Source of the DNA: an uncultured Thermoplasmata archaeon
Lineage (GTDB): Archaea > Thermoplasmatota > Thermoplasmata > Lutacidiplasmatales > UBA184
Length of the DNA stretch: 64,000 nt
NCBI GenBank assembly: GCA_963713145.1
Contig: CAVQKI010000001.1
Location: forward strand, 26,479-90,478
Direction of reading: 5' to 3'
The position numbers were made by a program, and so were the translations under genes. Positions within the stretch are counted from its first letter, which is position 1. Every line of letters starts with the position of its first letter. Under the pieces are notes generated by a model. That model did not search any database and was not told the DNA's origin. It saw nothing but the letters and a program-made list of their open reading frames with translations. Below are positions 45,491-54,848 of this stretch, piece after piece.

Positions 45491-46675
45491 ATGCGAGCGG
45501 TCGTCCTCGGAGGGGGAGGGCTCACGGGCCGGTGCGCGGTCCGGGACCTCGCCCGCGGTGGCGTCTTCGATTCCGTAGTTGTGGCCGACCTCGACCCCAA
45601 CCTGGCCGGCGAGGCCGCCCGGGCCGCGGGGGCGGGAGCGTCGGCCGTCCCCATCGACGTACGCGATCACACGGCGCTCGTACGGCTGCTCGACGGCGCG
45701 TCGGTCGTCGTGAACGCCGTCCAGTATACGTTCAACCTCGAGGTGATGGAGGCCGCCCTGGAGGCCCGGGTGGCCTACCTCGATTTCGGCGGGCTGTTCC
45801 ACATGACGAGGCGCCAGCTCGCGCTGGACGCGGCGTTCCGAAAGGCAGGGCTCCTCGCCATCCCCGGCCTGGGGCAGGTGCCTGGGATTTCGAACGTTCT
45901 CGCGATGCAGGCGTCCGCGGACCTGGACCGGGTCGATTCCCTCGTCCTACGGGACGGGTGGCGCGACCTCACGGTCGGGGGGCCCGAGATCTCGTTCTCC
46001 TGGTCGCCCAGCACGTTTCTAGACGAGATGGTCCTTCCCGCGGTCGTGTTCGAGGACGGGGAGTACCACGACCACCCGCCGATGAGCGCCCCGGAGGAGT
46101 TCGACTTCGGCCCGCCGGTCGGCCGGACCCGGCTCTACCGCACGCTCCACTCGGAACCGGCGACCCTGCCGGAGAGCCTGAAGGCGAAGGGACTGAGGCA
46201 TTGCGAATGGAAGGAGGGAGGGACGGGGATCGACGTCCTCCGCACCATGGCCCTCCTCGGGATGGCGTCCGACATGCCTCTCGAGGTGCGGGGGACGAGC
46301 GTGGTCCCGCGGGAGTTCACCCTCGCGCTCCTTCGACGGGGGCACCTCCTCGGCGTCCCCGCCGGCGTGGTCGTCAACGACTGGGAGTGCCTGGACATCG
46401 AGGTCAAGGGGACCGCGCAGGGTCGGCCGGTCGTCCGGCACGCCGTCGCATGGTTCCCGCCCCGGCCGGAGTGGCACCTCTCTGCGACGGAGTACGCCGT
46501 CGGGGTCGCGGGGGCCATCGGGGCGGAGCTCATCGCGTCGGGAGCGATCCGGGGCGAGGGAGTGATCCCGCCCGAGCGGTGCGTTCCTCCCGGACCGTTC
46601 CGGGCCGCGCTCGAACGCCGCGGCATACGGACCGCGGTCGTCCCTCCCGACGCGCCCCTGCCGCCCCCTCAATAA
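45491..46675 (+). CDS. saccharopine dehydrogenase-like NAD(P)-binding oxidoreductase
   Basis: 394 aa. MRAVVLGGGGLTGRCAVRDLA Rossmann fold and a Sacchrp_dh-like C-terminal half. Confidence 0.75.
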   Translation: MRAVVLGGGGLTGRCAVRDLARGGVFDSVVVADLDPNLAGEAARAAGAGASAVPIDVRDHTALVRLLDGASVVVNAVQYTFNLEVMEAALEARVAYLDFGGLFHMTRRQLALDAAFRKAGLLAIPGLGQVPGISNVLAMQASADLDRVDSLVLRDGWRDLTVGGPEISFSWSPSTFLDEMVLPAVVFEDGEYHDHPPMSAPEEFDFGPPVGRTRLYRTLHSEPATLPESLKAKGLRHCEWKEGGTGIDVLRTMALLGMASDMPLEVRGTSVVPREFTLALLRRGHLLGVPAGVVVNDWECLDIEVKGTAQGRPVVRHAVAWFPPRPEWHLSATEYAVGVAGAIGAELIASGAIRGEGVIPPERCVPPGPFRAALERRGIRTAVVPPDAPLPPPQ

Positions 46676-46813
46676 CCGGCTCGGTGCCACCAAATCGCGG
46701 ATTCGTGCGACAAACGGGGCCCCCAGATGGCCCCAATCTATGGGTTCAGCCTCGTGACCTATCGGAAAGATACGATTAGAAACTGTTTCATGACATCTAC
46801 CTTTTATTCCCGT

Positions 46814-46843
46814 CCCCGGGCATCTATATATACGCACCCGGGG
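46814..46843. promoter_or_regulatory. 7-bp inverted repeat CCCCGGG-N16-CCCGGGG bracketing the TATA box CTATATATAC
   Basis: The arms are at 46814-46820 and 46837-46843, with the TATA at about 46823-46833, roughly 40-45 nt upstream of ATG 46873. It lies inside the only strongly A+T-rich intergenic region (46700-46870). Confidence 0.5.
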
Positions 46844-46872
46844 CTCATCGAGACCGCGTAGATGCGTTTCCT

Positions 46873-48450
46873 ATGGCGGAGTCGGAACCCGCCCCGATCG
46901 TGCTGTTGCCGGACCGACCGGCCCTCGGGCCGGGGCCCGGTCCGGCCCTTCGTCCCCTGACCGCGGAAGGCACCGCGGTCCCCCCTCCTACCCCGCCCGC
47001 GGGCACTCCGACCGTAGAAGCTCCCCGCGAGGCGAAGAAGGAGGCCGTGCCCGAGCCGGCCCCGGCCCCCGAGGCCGAGGTCGTGCCGCTCCCGATACCG
47101 ATCGCCCGGCTCGTCCCGAAGCTGAAGAAGAGCCAGAAGCTGTTCGAGGAGGGCAAGAAGCGCATCCCCAACTCCTCAAGCTCGCTGATCCGGGTCGCGT
47201 CGTACGACCCGTGCCCCCCGTTCATCAACCGGGGCAAGGGCGCCCGGATCTGGGACGAGGACGGGAACGAGTACCTCGACTTCAACCTCGCCTACGGGGT
47301 CCTGATCAATGGCCACGCGCCCGAGGCCCAGGTCAAGGCGATCCAGGAAGCGGTAGAGCTGGGGCTCCATTTCGCCTCCCCGACGGTCCTGGAGATCGAG
47401 GTCGCGAAGCTGTTCCAGAAGCTCGTGCCCAGCGCGGAGCGGGTCGCGTTCTGCTCGAACGGCTCCGACGCGACCATGAACGCCATCCGCATCGCGCGGG
47501 CGGTCACGGGAAAGGACGCGATCCTGAAGTTCGAGGGCCACTACCACGGCCAGCACGACCTCGCGCTGATCAGCGCCGAGGCGCCTCCGGTGGTCTCCGG
47601 GCTCGACGAGTACCCGCGGCCGATGCCCAACTCGGCCGGGATCCCTCCCGGGGTCATGGACTACGTGATCGTCGCGCCGTACAACTCGATCGTGGCGTTC
47701 GAGCGGATGGTCCGCCGCTACCGTGACCGGCTGGCCGCGGTGATCCTCGAGCCGATCATGGCGAACGCGGGCGTCATCCCTCCCGCCCCGGACTTCTTGA
47801 AGCGCCTGGTCGAGATCGCCCACGAGAACGACATGCTGGTGATATTCGACGAGGTATTCACCGGGTTCCGGGTCGCGCCCGGTGGGGCCCAGCAGCTCTA
47901 CTCGGTCGAGCCTGACATCTCCTGCTGGGCGAAGGCCTTGGGCGGCGGGGTCCCGATCTCGGCGGTCTCGGGTAAGGCGGAGTACATGGACATGATCGCC
48001 CCCGGGCGGATCTCCTTCGGAGGGACGTACTTCGCGAACAACATCTCGCTCGCAGGGGCGCTCGCGAACCTGAAGGCCCTGCACAAGGGGGGCGAGGACC
48101 TTTACGGCCGGTTTGGTCGGCTCACCCAGAAGCTCGAGAAGGGGCTCGAGGAAGCCGGCCGGGACGCCAAGATCAACGTCCTTATCCAGTCCGTGAACGG
48201 GATGCTTCAGTTCTTCTTCACGCGCCGAAAGAAGATCGTGAACTATCGCGAATCGCTCCAGATCGACTGGAACCTCTACCTCCGCCACCACCAGCTGCTG
48301 CTCGACCACGGGATCTACATCCACCCCGACAACTACGAGCGGCTCACTTTCTCGAGCGCCCACACCGAGAAGGACGTCGAGCAGTTCGTGCAGACCGCCA
48401 CCGAGACGTTCAAGGAACTGAAGACCCTCCCGAGGGACTACCTTCCGTAG
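46873..48450 (+). CDS. class-III (GSA-aminomutase-like) PLP aminotransferase with ~85-aa Pro/Ala-rich N-terminal extension
   Basis: Homology starts at KSQKLFEEGKKRIPNSSSS. Carries GSDATMNAIRIAR, IFDEV.TGFR and the AKALGGG PLP-Lys region. An alternative GTG start at about 47080 would remove the extension. Confidence 0.85.
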   Translation: MAESEPAPIVLLPDRPALGPGPGPALRPLTAEGTAVPPPTPPAGTPTVEAPREAKKEAVPEPAPAPEAEVVPLPIPIARLVPKLKKSQKLFEEGKKRIPNSSSSLIRVASYDPCPPFINRGKGARIWDEDGNEYLDFNLAYGVLINGHAPEAQVKAIQEAVELGLHFASPTVLEIEVAKLFQKLVPSAERVAFCSNGSDATMNAIRIARAVTGKDAILKFEGHYHGQHDLALISAEAPPVVSGLDEYPRPMPNSAGIPPGVMDYVIVAPYNSIVAFERMVRRYRDRLAAVILEPIMANAGVIPPAPDFLKRLVEIAHENDMLVIFDEVFTGFRVAPGGAQQLYSVEPDISCWAKALGGGVPISAVSGKAEYMDMIAPGRISFGGTYFANNISLAGALANLKALHKGGEDLYGRFGRLTQKLEKGLEEAGRDAKINVLIQSVNGMLQFFFTRRKKIVNYRESLQIDWNLYLRHHQLLLDHGIYIHPDNYERLTFSSAHTEKDVEQFVQTATETFKELKTLPRDYLP

Positions 48451-48542
48451 ACGACCCGCCGCCGGGGGATTAATAGCCCGATGCCGTTGCGTCTCGAATG
48501 ACTGCGACGGTGGGGCCCCACCCCCTGTAGGAATGTCGGGGG

Positions 48543-49562
48543 ATGGGCCGGAATCCGGAGGACCTCGCTATCTTCATCGGTCGCCGCCTGCTGCAGCTTC
48601 TCCCGGTATTGTTCGGGGTGATTGCCCTCACTTTCTTCGTCACCCACGTCGCCGCGATCGACCCCTGCCCCCGGTGGTACGAAAAGGCCGGGCAGTCGAC
48701 GATTATGCACTGCCAGGCCCAGTTCAGCCAGCCGCTGCTGAACCAGTTCTATCAGTATCTGGTGCCGTTGTTCCAGGGGAACTGGGGCGCCTCCCAGCTT
48801 GGCTCGCCCGTCCTTCCCGCGATCGAACTGGGGGTGCCTGCCACGCTCGAGCTGGTGCTGGCCTCTCTGCTGATCATGATCGTTATCGGGATCCCGCTGG
48901 GCGTCGTCGCAGCCCAGTACGCGGGGCGCTGGCCGGATCACCTCGTTCGGATCTTCTACCTCAGCGGTTGGGCGACCCCGACGTACGTCGGGGCGATCAT
49001 CGCGGCTATCTATCTCGCGGGGCCGCTGGGCCTTCCGACCTCCGGGGAGTTCAGCGCTCCGCCGCCGTTCCCTCAGCCGACTCACATGTCGGTCCTCGAC
49101 GCCCTGCTGGCCGGTAACCTCTCCTACACCGTCGACGCCGTTTCGCACCTCATCCTCCCTGCGTCGGTGCTGGCCTTCATCAACATGGGCATCGCGACCC
49201 GGATGACGCGTGCCTCGATGCTGGAGGTCCTCCCCTTGGATTACATCAAGTCGGCCCGGATGAAAGGGCTCTCGAACGCGGTTGTCCTCTACAAGCACGC
49301 CCTGCGCAACGCCCTCATCACGACGACGACGGTCCTAGGGGTGACCGCGGGCGGCCTGCTCGCAGGCACGGTCGTCGTGGAGGAGGTGTTCGGTTGGCCG
49401 GGGATCGGCGCCTACGCGTTCGAATCGATGGGGGGAAGCGGCGTGCCGAACTTCGACGGGTCCATCGCGGTCGTCGTGGTGTTCGCCATCGCCGTCGTCC
49501 TGGCGAACCTGGTGGCGGACATTCTCTACGGCGTGCTCGACCCCCGCGTGGACTGGAGGTAG
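48543..49562 (+). CDS. ABC peptide transporter permease (DppB/OppB family)
   Basis: 339 aa, N-terminal RRLLQLLPVLFGVIALTFFV. ARMKGLS lies in the position of the EAA loop. Confidence 0.9.
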   Translation: MGRNPEDLAIFIGRRLLQLLPVLFGVIALTFFVTHVAAIDPCPRWYEKAGQSTIMHCQAQFSQPLLNQFYQYLVPLFQGNWGASQLGSPVLPAIELGVPATLELVLASLLIMIVIGIPLGVVAAQYAGRWPDHLVRIFYLSGWATPTYVGAIIAAIYLAGPLGLPTSGEFSAPPPFPQPTHMSVLDALLAGNLSYTVDAVSHLILPASVLAFINMGIATRMTRASMLEVLPLDYIKSARMKGLSNAVVLYKHALRNALITTTTVLGVTAGGLLAGTVVVEEVFGWPGIGAYAFESMGGSGVPNFDGSIAVVVVFAIAVVLANLVADILYGVLDPRVDWR

Positions 49563-49568
49563 CCGGCG

Positions 49569-50642
49569 TTGGCTGACGACCCAACTGCAACTCCCCCGCC
49601 CGGGTCGGGGGAACCCAAGCATCGCTGGTACGTCCCGGTGGTCGGGTTCTACCGGATCCTCCGCTCAAACCCGCTCTCGTTCGTCGGGTTCGTCCTCGTG
49701 GTCGTGATCCTGGCCCTCGCCGCGGCTGTCACGATCGCTCCACACCTGGTCGTACCGTATGGGGCCACGCAGCTGAGTACAGCGTACACGGTACCCCCGA
49801 CCCTCCTCCGATGGCCACCCAGTTGGCAGCATCCGTTCGGGACCGATGGGAGTGGGCTTGACATCTATTCGGAGGTGCTCCTCGCTCTGCCGCTCGACGT
49901 CGGCATCGGAGTCCTGATCGCCGGGGTCGCGCTCATCGTGGGAGGATTGCTCGGGCTAGCCGCCGGATTCTGGGACAAGCCCGGAACCGCGGGCGGGGTC
50001 ACGTCCACGGCCATCCTCCGGACGACCGATGTCTTCCTTGCGTTTCCCAGTCTCGTTCTCGGCCTCGCGGTGGTCGCCGCGCTCGGCCCCGGGATCTGGC
50101 AGGTGATCCTCGCGGTCCTTCTGACGTGGTGGCCGTACTATGTCCGCCTCGTCCGAGGAGAAGTTCTGGCGGTCAAACACCTGCCGTACGTCGTGGCGGC
50201 CCGAGCCGCGGGGGTGGGGGAAGTGCGGATCCTGTTCCGCCACATCCTGAGGAACATCCTCGAGCCGCTCGTCGTGTACTTCACGCTTGACATCGGGACC
50301 GTCCTGGTGACCTTCTCGACGATTGCCTACGTGATTCCGGGTGGGGTGCCGTACCCTCGGCCGCCGGAGTGGGGGAGCATGATGTCCTACTACTACGAGA
50401 ACGGGCTCTTCTCCCAGGACTGGTGGACAATCGCGTTCCCGGCCCTAGGCATCTTCGTCACGGCTCTCTCGTTCAGCCTGCTCGGCGACGGACTGCGCGA
50501 CGTGCTCGACCCGCGCACCCGCCGGGCGATTGCCGAATCGCCCGCGCCGCGTCCCCCGCCCGCCGAGATCGCCCTCGCGACGCCGACCGAGATCCCCCCA
50601 CCCCTTCCAACCGGCCCCAGCGGCCATCTGGAGGCAGGATGA
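49569..50642 (+). CDS. ABC peptide transporter permease (DppC/OppC family)
   Basis: 357 aa with multiple TM segments and YVVAARAAGVGEVRILFRHILRN. Confidence 0.9.
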   Translation: MADDPTATPPPGSGEPKHRWYVPVVGFYRILRSNPLSFVGFVLVVVILALAAAVTIAPHLVVPYGATQLSTAYTVPPTLLRWPPSWQHPFGTDGSGLDIYSEVLLALPLDVGIGVLIAGVALIVGGLLGLAAGFWDKPGTAGGVTSTAILRTTDVFLAFPSLVLGLAVVAALGPGIWQVILAVLLTWWPYYVRLVRGEVLAVKHLPYVVAARAAGVGEVRILFRHILRNILEPLVVYFTLDIGTVLVTFSTIAYVIPGGVPYPRPPEWGSMMSYYYENGLFSQDWWTIAFPALGIFVTALSFSLLGDGLRDVLDPRTRRAIAESPAPRPPPAEIALATPTEIPPPLPTGPSGHLEAG

Positions 50643-51790
50643 CCGAGCCCGTTCTCTCGGTAGAACACCTATCCGTGGACTACCTCGTCGGATCGAGCCG
50701 ATTCCGGGCCGTCACTGATGTCTCGCTCACGATCCCGCCCGGCCGGGTCGTCGGGATCGTGGGGGAGACCGGGTGCGGAAAGAGCACGCTCGCCCAGGCC
50801 ATCCCTCGGTTGATCCCCGAACCGCCAGCGCGCATCGAATCGGGCCGGATCCTGTTCCAGGGTACCGATCTGGTCCCCGTCCCCCATCGGAAGCTTCCGA
50901 TGGTCCGAGGGACGGGGATCGGCATGATCTTTCAGGAGCCCCTGAACTCCCTCAACCCCGCCTACCGGGTCTACGACCAGATTGCCGAGGCCGTACAGAT
51001 CCGTCACTGGAGGGAACGGGGGATCCTTCCGGTGTTCCGCCCGGGCCCCACGCCGTTCGACTACTCGCGCCGACCAATGCCAGAAGCGTCGGACGTGCTC
51101 ACGAAGCCGTTCCTGCCCGGCGGCGCGGTCGCGGCCAGCGCGGGCCGTCAGCTGCGCACCCGCGCGGACTACCGCCGCGAGGTTCTCGAGTACCTTCGGC
51201 TGGTCCGCATCAACGACCCCGAGACGATCATCGACCTCTACCCGCACGAACTTTCGGGAGGCATGCGCCAGCGGATCATGATCGCGATGGCGCTCTCGGG
51301 CAAGCCGTCGCTACTGATCGCCGACGAACCGACGAGCGCGCTGGACGTCACGATCCAGGCTCAGGTCCTCACCCTGATGAAGGAACTGATCGACGAGGTG
51401 CATGCGTCGATCCTCTTCATCAGTCACGACCTCGGCGTGATCGCCGAGACCGCGGACGACCTAGGGGTGATGTACGCCGGCCGGCTCGTGGAGTTCGGTC
51501 CTGTCGCCGACGTCTTCCACGCCCCGCGGCATCCCTACACGAAGGCCCTCCTCCGGTCGATCCCGATGCGGTACAAGGACGAGGGGCCGCTCTCCTCGAT
51601 CCCGGGCGCGGTGCCCAACCTGGCTCGACCACCCCCCGGGTGCCGGTTCCACCCACGGTGCCCCATCGCCCGGCCGCCCTGTCGGGTCGAACCGGCTCCT
51701 CCGCTGCGCACCGTTGGCTCGAGCTCGTCCGGGGGAACTCCGCACACGAGCGCCTGCCATTTCGCTGAGGAGGTCGCCGGGCTGCCGTGA
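50639..51790 (+). CDS. ABC peptide transporter ATP-binding protein (DppD/OppD family)
   Basis: ATG at 50639 overlaps the permease stop (ATGA). Carries [29 protein letters not shown] and the C-terminal oligopeptide Cys motif GCRFHPRCP. Confidence 0.9.
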   Translation: MTEPVLSVEHLSVDYLVGSSRFRAVTDVSLTIPPGRVVGIVGETGCGKSTLAQAIPRLIPEPPARIESGRILFQGTDLVPVPHRKLPMVRGTGIGMIFQEPLNSLNPAYRVYDQIAEAVQIRHWRERGILPVFRPGPTPFDYSRRPMPEASDVLTKPFLPGGAVAASAGRQLRTRADYRREVLEYLRLVRINDPETIIDLYPHELSGGMRQRIMIAMALSGKPSLLIADEPTSALDVTIQAQVLTLMKELIDEVHASILFISHDLGVIAETADDLGVMYAGRLVEFGPVADVFHAPRHPYTKALLRSIPMRYKDEGPLSSIPGAVPNLARPPPGCRFHPRCPIARPPCRVEPAPPLRTVGSSSSGGTPHTSACHFAEEVAGLP

Positions 51791-52834
51791 CCGCTACCCC
51801 ACTCGTCGAGACAATCGGCCTCACGAAGCAGTTCCCGCTACCCCGGACCGTCCGGGAGATGGTCGGCGGTCGACCCGGACGCGCCATCCACGCGGTCGAC
51901 GGAGTGAGCCTCGCGATCGCGCCCGGCGAGACGCTGGGGCTCATCGGCGAGTCCGGTTCTGGGAAGACAACGCTCGGATGGCTCGTCGCCCGACTCCACA
52001 GCTCGACGGCGGGGACCCTACGGTTCGAGGGTACCGATGTGACCGAGCTCGCCGGTACCGAGCTCCGGGCTTGGCGACGCAACGTGCAGGTCGTCTTTCA
52101 AGACCCCGTGGGTTCTCTCGACCCCCGCCTGAAGGTCTGGCAGATCGTGTCCGAGCCGATCCGGGCCCAGGGCCTGGCGACGCGGTCGGAGGCCCGAGGC
52201 CGGGTCTCGGCCCTCCTCCCCACCGTGGGCCTCCCGCTCGATTGCCTCGACCACTATCCCCACCAGTTCTCGGGAGGGGGTCGGCAGCGCCTCTCGCTGG
52301 CCCGGGCCTTCTCGGTCGACCCGAAGCTGATCGTCCTCGACGAACCGACCAGTGCCCTGGACGTCGCGGTCCAGGCGCAGATTCTCAATCGGTTGGTGGA
52401 GTTGCAGCGGGAACGTCGTCGTCGCGTACCTCATGATCACCCACAACGTTTCGGCCGTACGATACGTTGCGGACCGGATCGCCGTGATGTACCTCGGGCA
52501 GATTCTCGAGGTGGGCACGGTACGCGAGGTCTTGGAGCACCCCGTGCACCCGTACACGAAGGCGCTGCTCGCCGCCGCACCCGTGCCGGACGCCCGTCGC
52601 CGTAGGACACGTTACCGCATCGGCGGGGACATACCGACCCTCATCGATCCCGAGCCGGGGTGCCGGTTCGCGCCGCGGTGCCCTTTCGTGGAGCCGCGAT
52701 GCCGAACGGCGGACCCGCCCCTTCGAGCCTTGCCTGGCGCATCGCAGCGTCTGGTTGCCTGCGTACGAGCGGAGGAGGTCGGGGACATCGCCCCGTCCGA
52801 ACTGCTCCAGAGCGCGCCCGAGCCGGTCAGCTGA
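51787..52834 (+). CDS. ABC peptide transporter ATP-binding protein (DppF/OppF family); frame change near 52410
   Basis: GESGSGKTT, FSGGGRQR and LDEPTSALD are in ORF 51787..52605. YLMITHNVS...GCRFAPRCP is in ORF 52352..52834. Confidence 0.85.
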
Positions 52835-54758
52835 TCCAGTCGGTGTTGAACAGGAAGGCGAACGGCTCGGCGCTGGCCATCGGGTTGTTGACGATCCCGT
52901 GGAGGCTGGTCGAGTATACCGCGAACGACGTTGGAACCACCAACCAGATGTCCGTGTAGTTGTTGTACATCAGACTCGTCATGTTCGTGTAGTCAGCCGT
53001 CAGATTCGCCGGGTTGGATTCCGCCGCCGCCTGGTAGACCAACGTGTTCACGGTCGAGTTGTTGTAGCCAGACATGCACAGGTTGGCGCTACCGGAGTTC
53101 ACGGCGTCATTCTGGGTCCAGTCGTCCGGCGAGATGTAGTCGGAGGTGTAGAACTCTTGGCCGATCGGGAAGGGACCTCCGTTCGTGGAAGTGGAGGTGG
53201 TGCAAACCCCTCCGCTGTAGGACTGCTCGACGTAGAGGTCGGGCAGCGAGATCGGGACGGGGTCGATGGTCAGTCCGATGGCGGCGAGGTCGTTTGCGAG
53301 GAACTGTGCCGTCTCGGCCCAATCGGCTCCGGGAGTGAGGTACCTGGTACTTGACCGGAGTGCCCACGCAGGCGCCCGACGCGCAGGGAGAGTCGGCGAT
53401 CTCCGCCTTCGCAAGGGGCAGGTCGGTACTGGGTACGGGGACAGGTTGGCGGGATTGTAGTAGGGGTAGGCCGGGGGGACCGGACCGACCCACTGTTGCG
53501 CGTACCCTCCGAAGGCCTGGTCGATGATCTGGGTGTAGTCGATGGCATGAGCGACCGCCTCGCGCACCGAGAGGTTGTTGAACGGGGCGACGGATTGATT
53601 GAGGTAGACCCACCACGCGCCACTGGTCGAGCCGTAGACCGTCGGCAGCGCCTTCACGACCAGGTTCGAGTGGGTCTCGAGCTCGGTGATCGTCGACGGG
53701 CCGATGTACGCGAACGAGGCCGTCTGCGCGACGCCGCTCTCGAGGTCGTTGACGGTGACGTCGAGCGTCGACTGGAAGATGACATCGACGGACGTGTTGG
53801 CCGGCTGGATCATGGCGTTCCACGGTTCGGCTCGGGCCGCCGTCTTGCCCCAGTAACTGGAATCCGGAGCCAGGGTGTAGCCCCCACCAGCGTTGGGGTT
53901 GTAGTTGGAAAGGGTGTACTGCCCGGTCCCCAGGGTGTGGGTCGATAGGTAATCGTTCGGGCTCCCCTCGGAAATGCCCCCGTGCTGGTCGACCCAGATG
54001 GGGTCGACCGCGTACGAGTTGGGGGCCGAGATCGACGACAGGAGGTAGGTGTAGTTGCTCGCGAGGTACCCGAACCCTAGGTTGAGCTCGATCGTCAGGT
54101 TGTTGATCACCTGGAAGGATTGGTTGGCCGTCTCCATGTCCGTGAGCGCGGTCGCGTTCGGAACACTGAAGTCCCAGCTGTTCAGGTCGTTGACGAGCGA
54201 TGCATTGGTCGCGGTGACGGCGGCCAATGGCGAGTAGTACGACAGGGGGTTCGCAGCACTGAAGTTCGTCGAGAAGAAGTTCTCCTCAAGAATGAACTGC
54301 GGACCCTGCTCGAGCAGCAGGCTCCGGTAGAAGCTGTACCACTGAACGTAGGCATTGTAGGGGTCTCCGTTCGAGAAGTGAACACCCGGCCGGAGGGTGA
54401 AGGTGAACTCGGCGAGTCCGGTCAGCGGGTTGGTCCCGTTGGTCCAGTTCTTGGCCAGCACGCCGACGAAGGTGGTCGAGCTCGAGCCGTTGTAGTTGAT
54501 GAGGCCTTGGTAGACCTGCTGAACGGCAGCCCAGCCCGGGGTCGAGAACGTAGACCCGGGATCGAGCGAATCCGGGATCTCCGCTTGGTCGATGCAGATG
54601 GTGCTGGTCTGCCCGGACCGACACGTAGGTGCCACCTTCTGGAGCAGGAAGTAGCCACCGATTCCGGCGGCGACGACGACAACCACGACGCCAATGACGA
54701 GTATGTTTCGTCGTTTGGGGTCCACAGCCGGAGCGCTCCCGCCGATTCGGTGGCCCAT
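52827..54758 (-). CDS. family-5 extracellular solute-binding protein (peptide/nickel type), N-terminal TM anchor
   Basis: 643-aa ORF with anchor ILVIGVVVVVVAAGIGGYFLL and many N-x-S/T sequons. About 53340-53435 reads better in another frame (STDLPLAKAEIADS...), which suggests a compensated double shift. Confidence 0.85.
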   Translation of the reverse strand: MGHRIGGSAPAVDPKRRNILVIGVVVVVVAAGIGGYFLLQKVAPTCRSGQTSTICIDQAEIPDSLDPGSTFSTPGWAAVQQVYQGLINYNGSSSTTFVGVLAKNWTNGTNPLTGLAEFTFTLRPGVHFSNGDPYNAYVQWYSFYRSLLLEQGPQFILEENFFSTNFSAANPLSYYSPLAAVTATNASLVNDLNSWDFSVPNATALTDMETANQSFQVINNLTIELNLGFGYLASNYTYLLSSISAPNSYAVDPIWVDQHGGISEGSPNDYLSTHTLGTGQYTLSNYNPNAGGGYTLAPDSSYWGKTAARAEPWNAMIQPANTSVDVIFQSTLDVTVNDLESGVAQTASFAYIGPSTITELETHSNLVVKALPTVYGSTSGAWWVYLNQSVAPFNNLSVREAVAHAIDYTQIIDQAFGGYAQQWVGPVPPAYPYYNPANLSPYPVPTCPLRRRRSPTLPARRAPAWALRSSTRYLTPGADWAETAQFLANDLAAIGLTIDPVPISLPDLYVEQSYSGGVCTTSTSTNGGPFPIGQEFYTSDYISPDDWTQNDAVNSGSANLCMSGYNNSTVNTLVYQAAAESNPANLTADYTNMTSLMYNNYTDIWLVVPTSFAVYSTSLHGIVNNPMASAEPFAFLFNTDWIS

Positions 54759-54848
54759 CGACTCCTAACGGATATAGTATCCGGGAGCGCGTCGGGAGCG
54801 CCCTTGCGGCCCGGCACTATCTTTACCCGCCCGACCTTCCCGCGGGCG

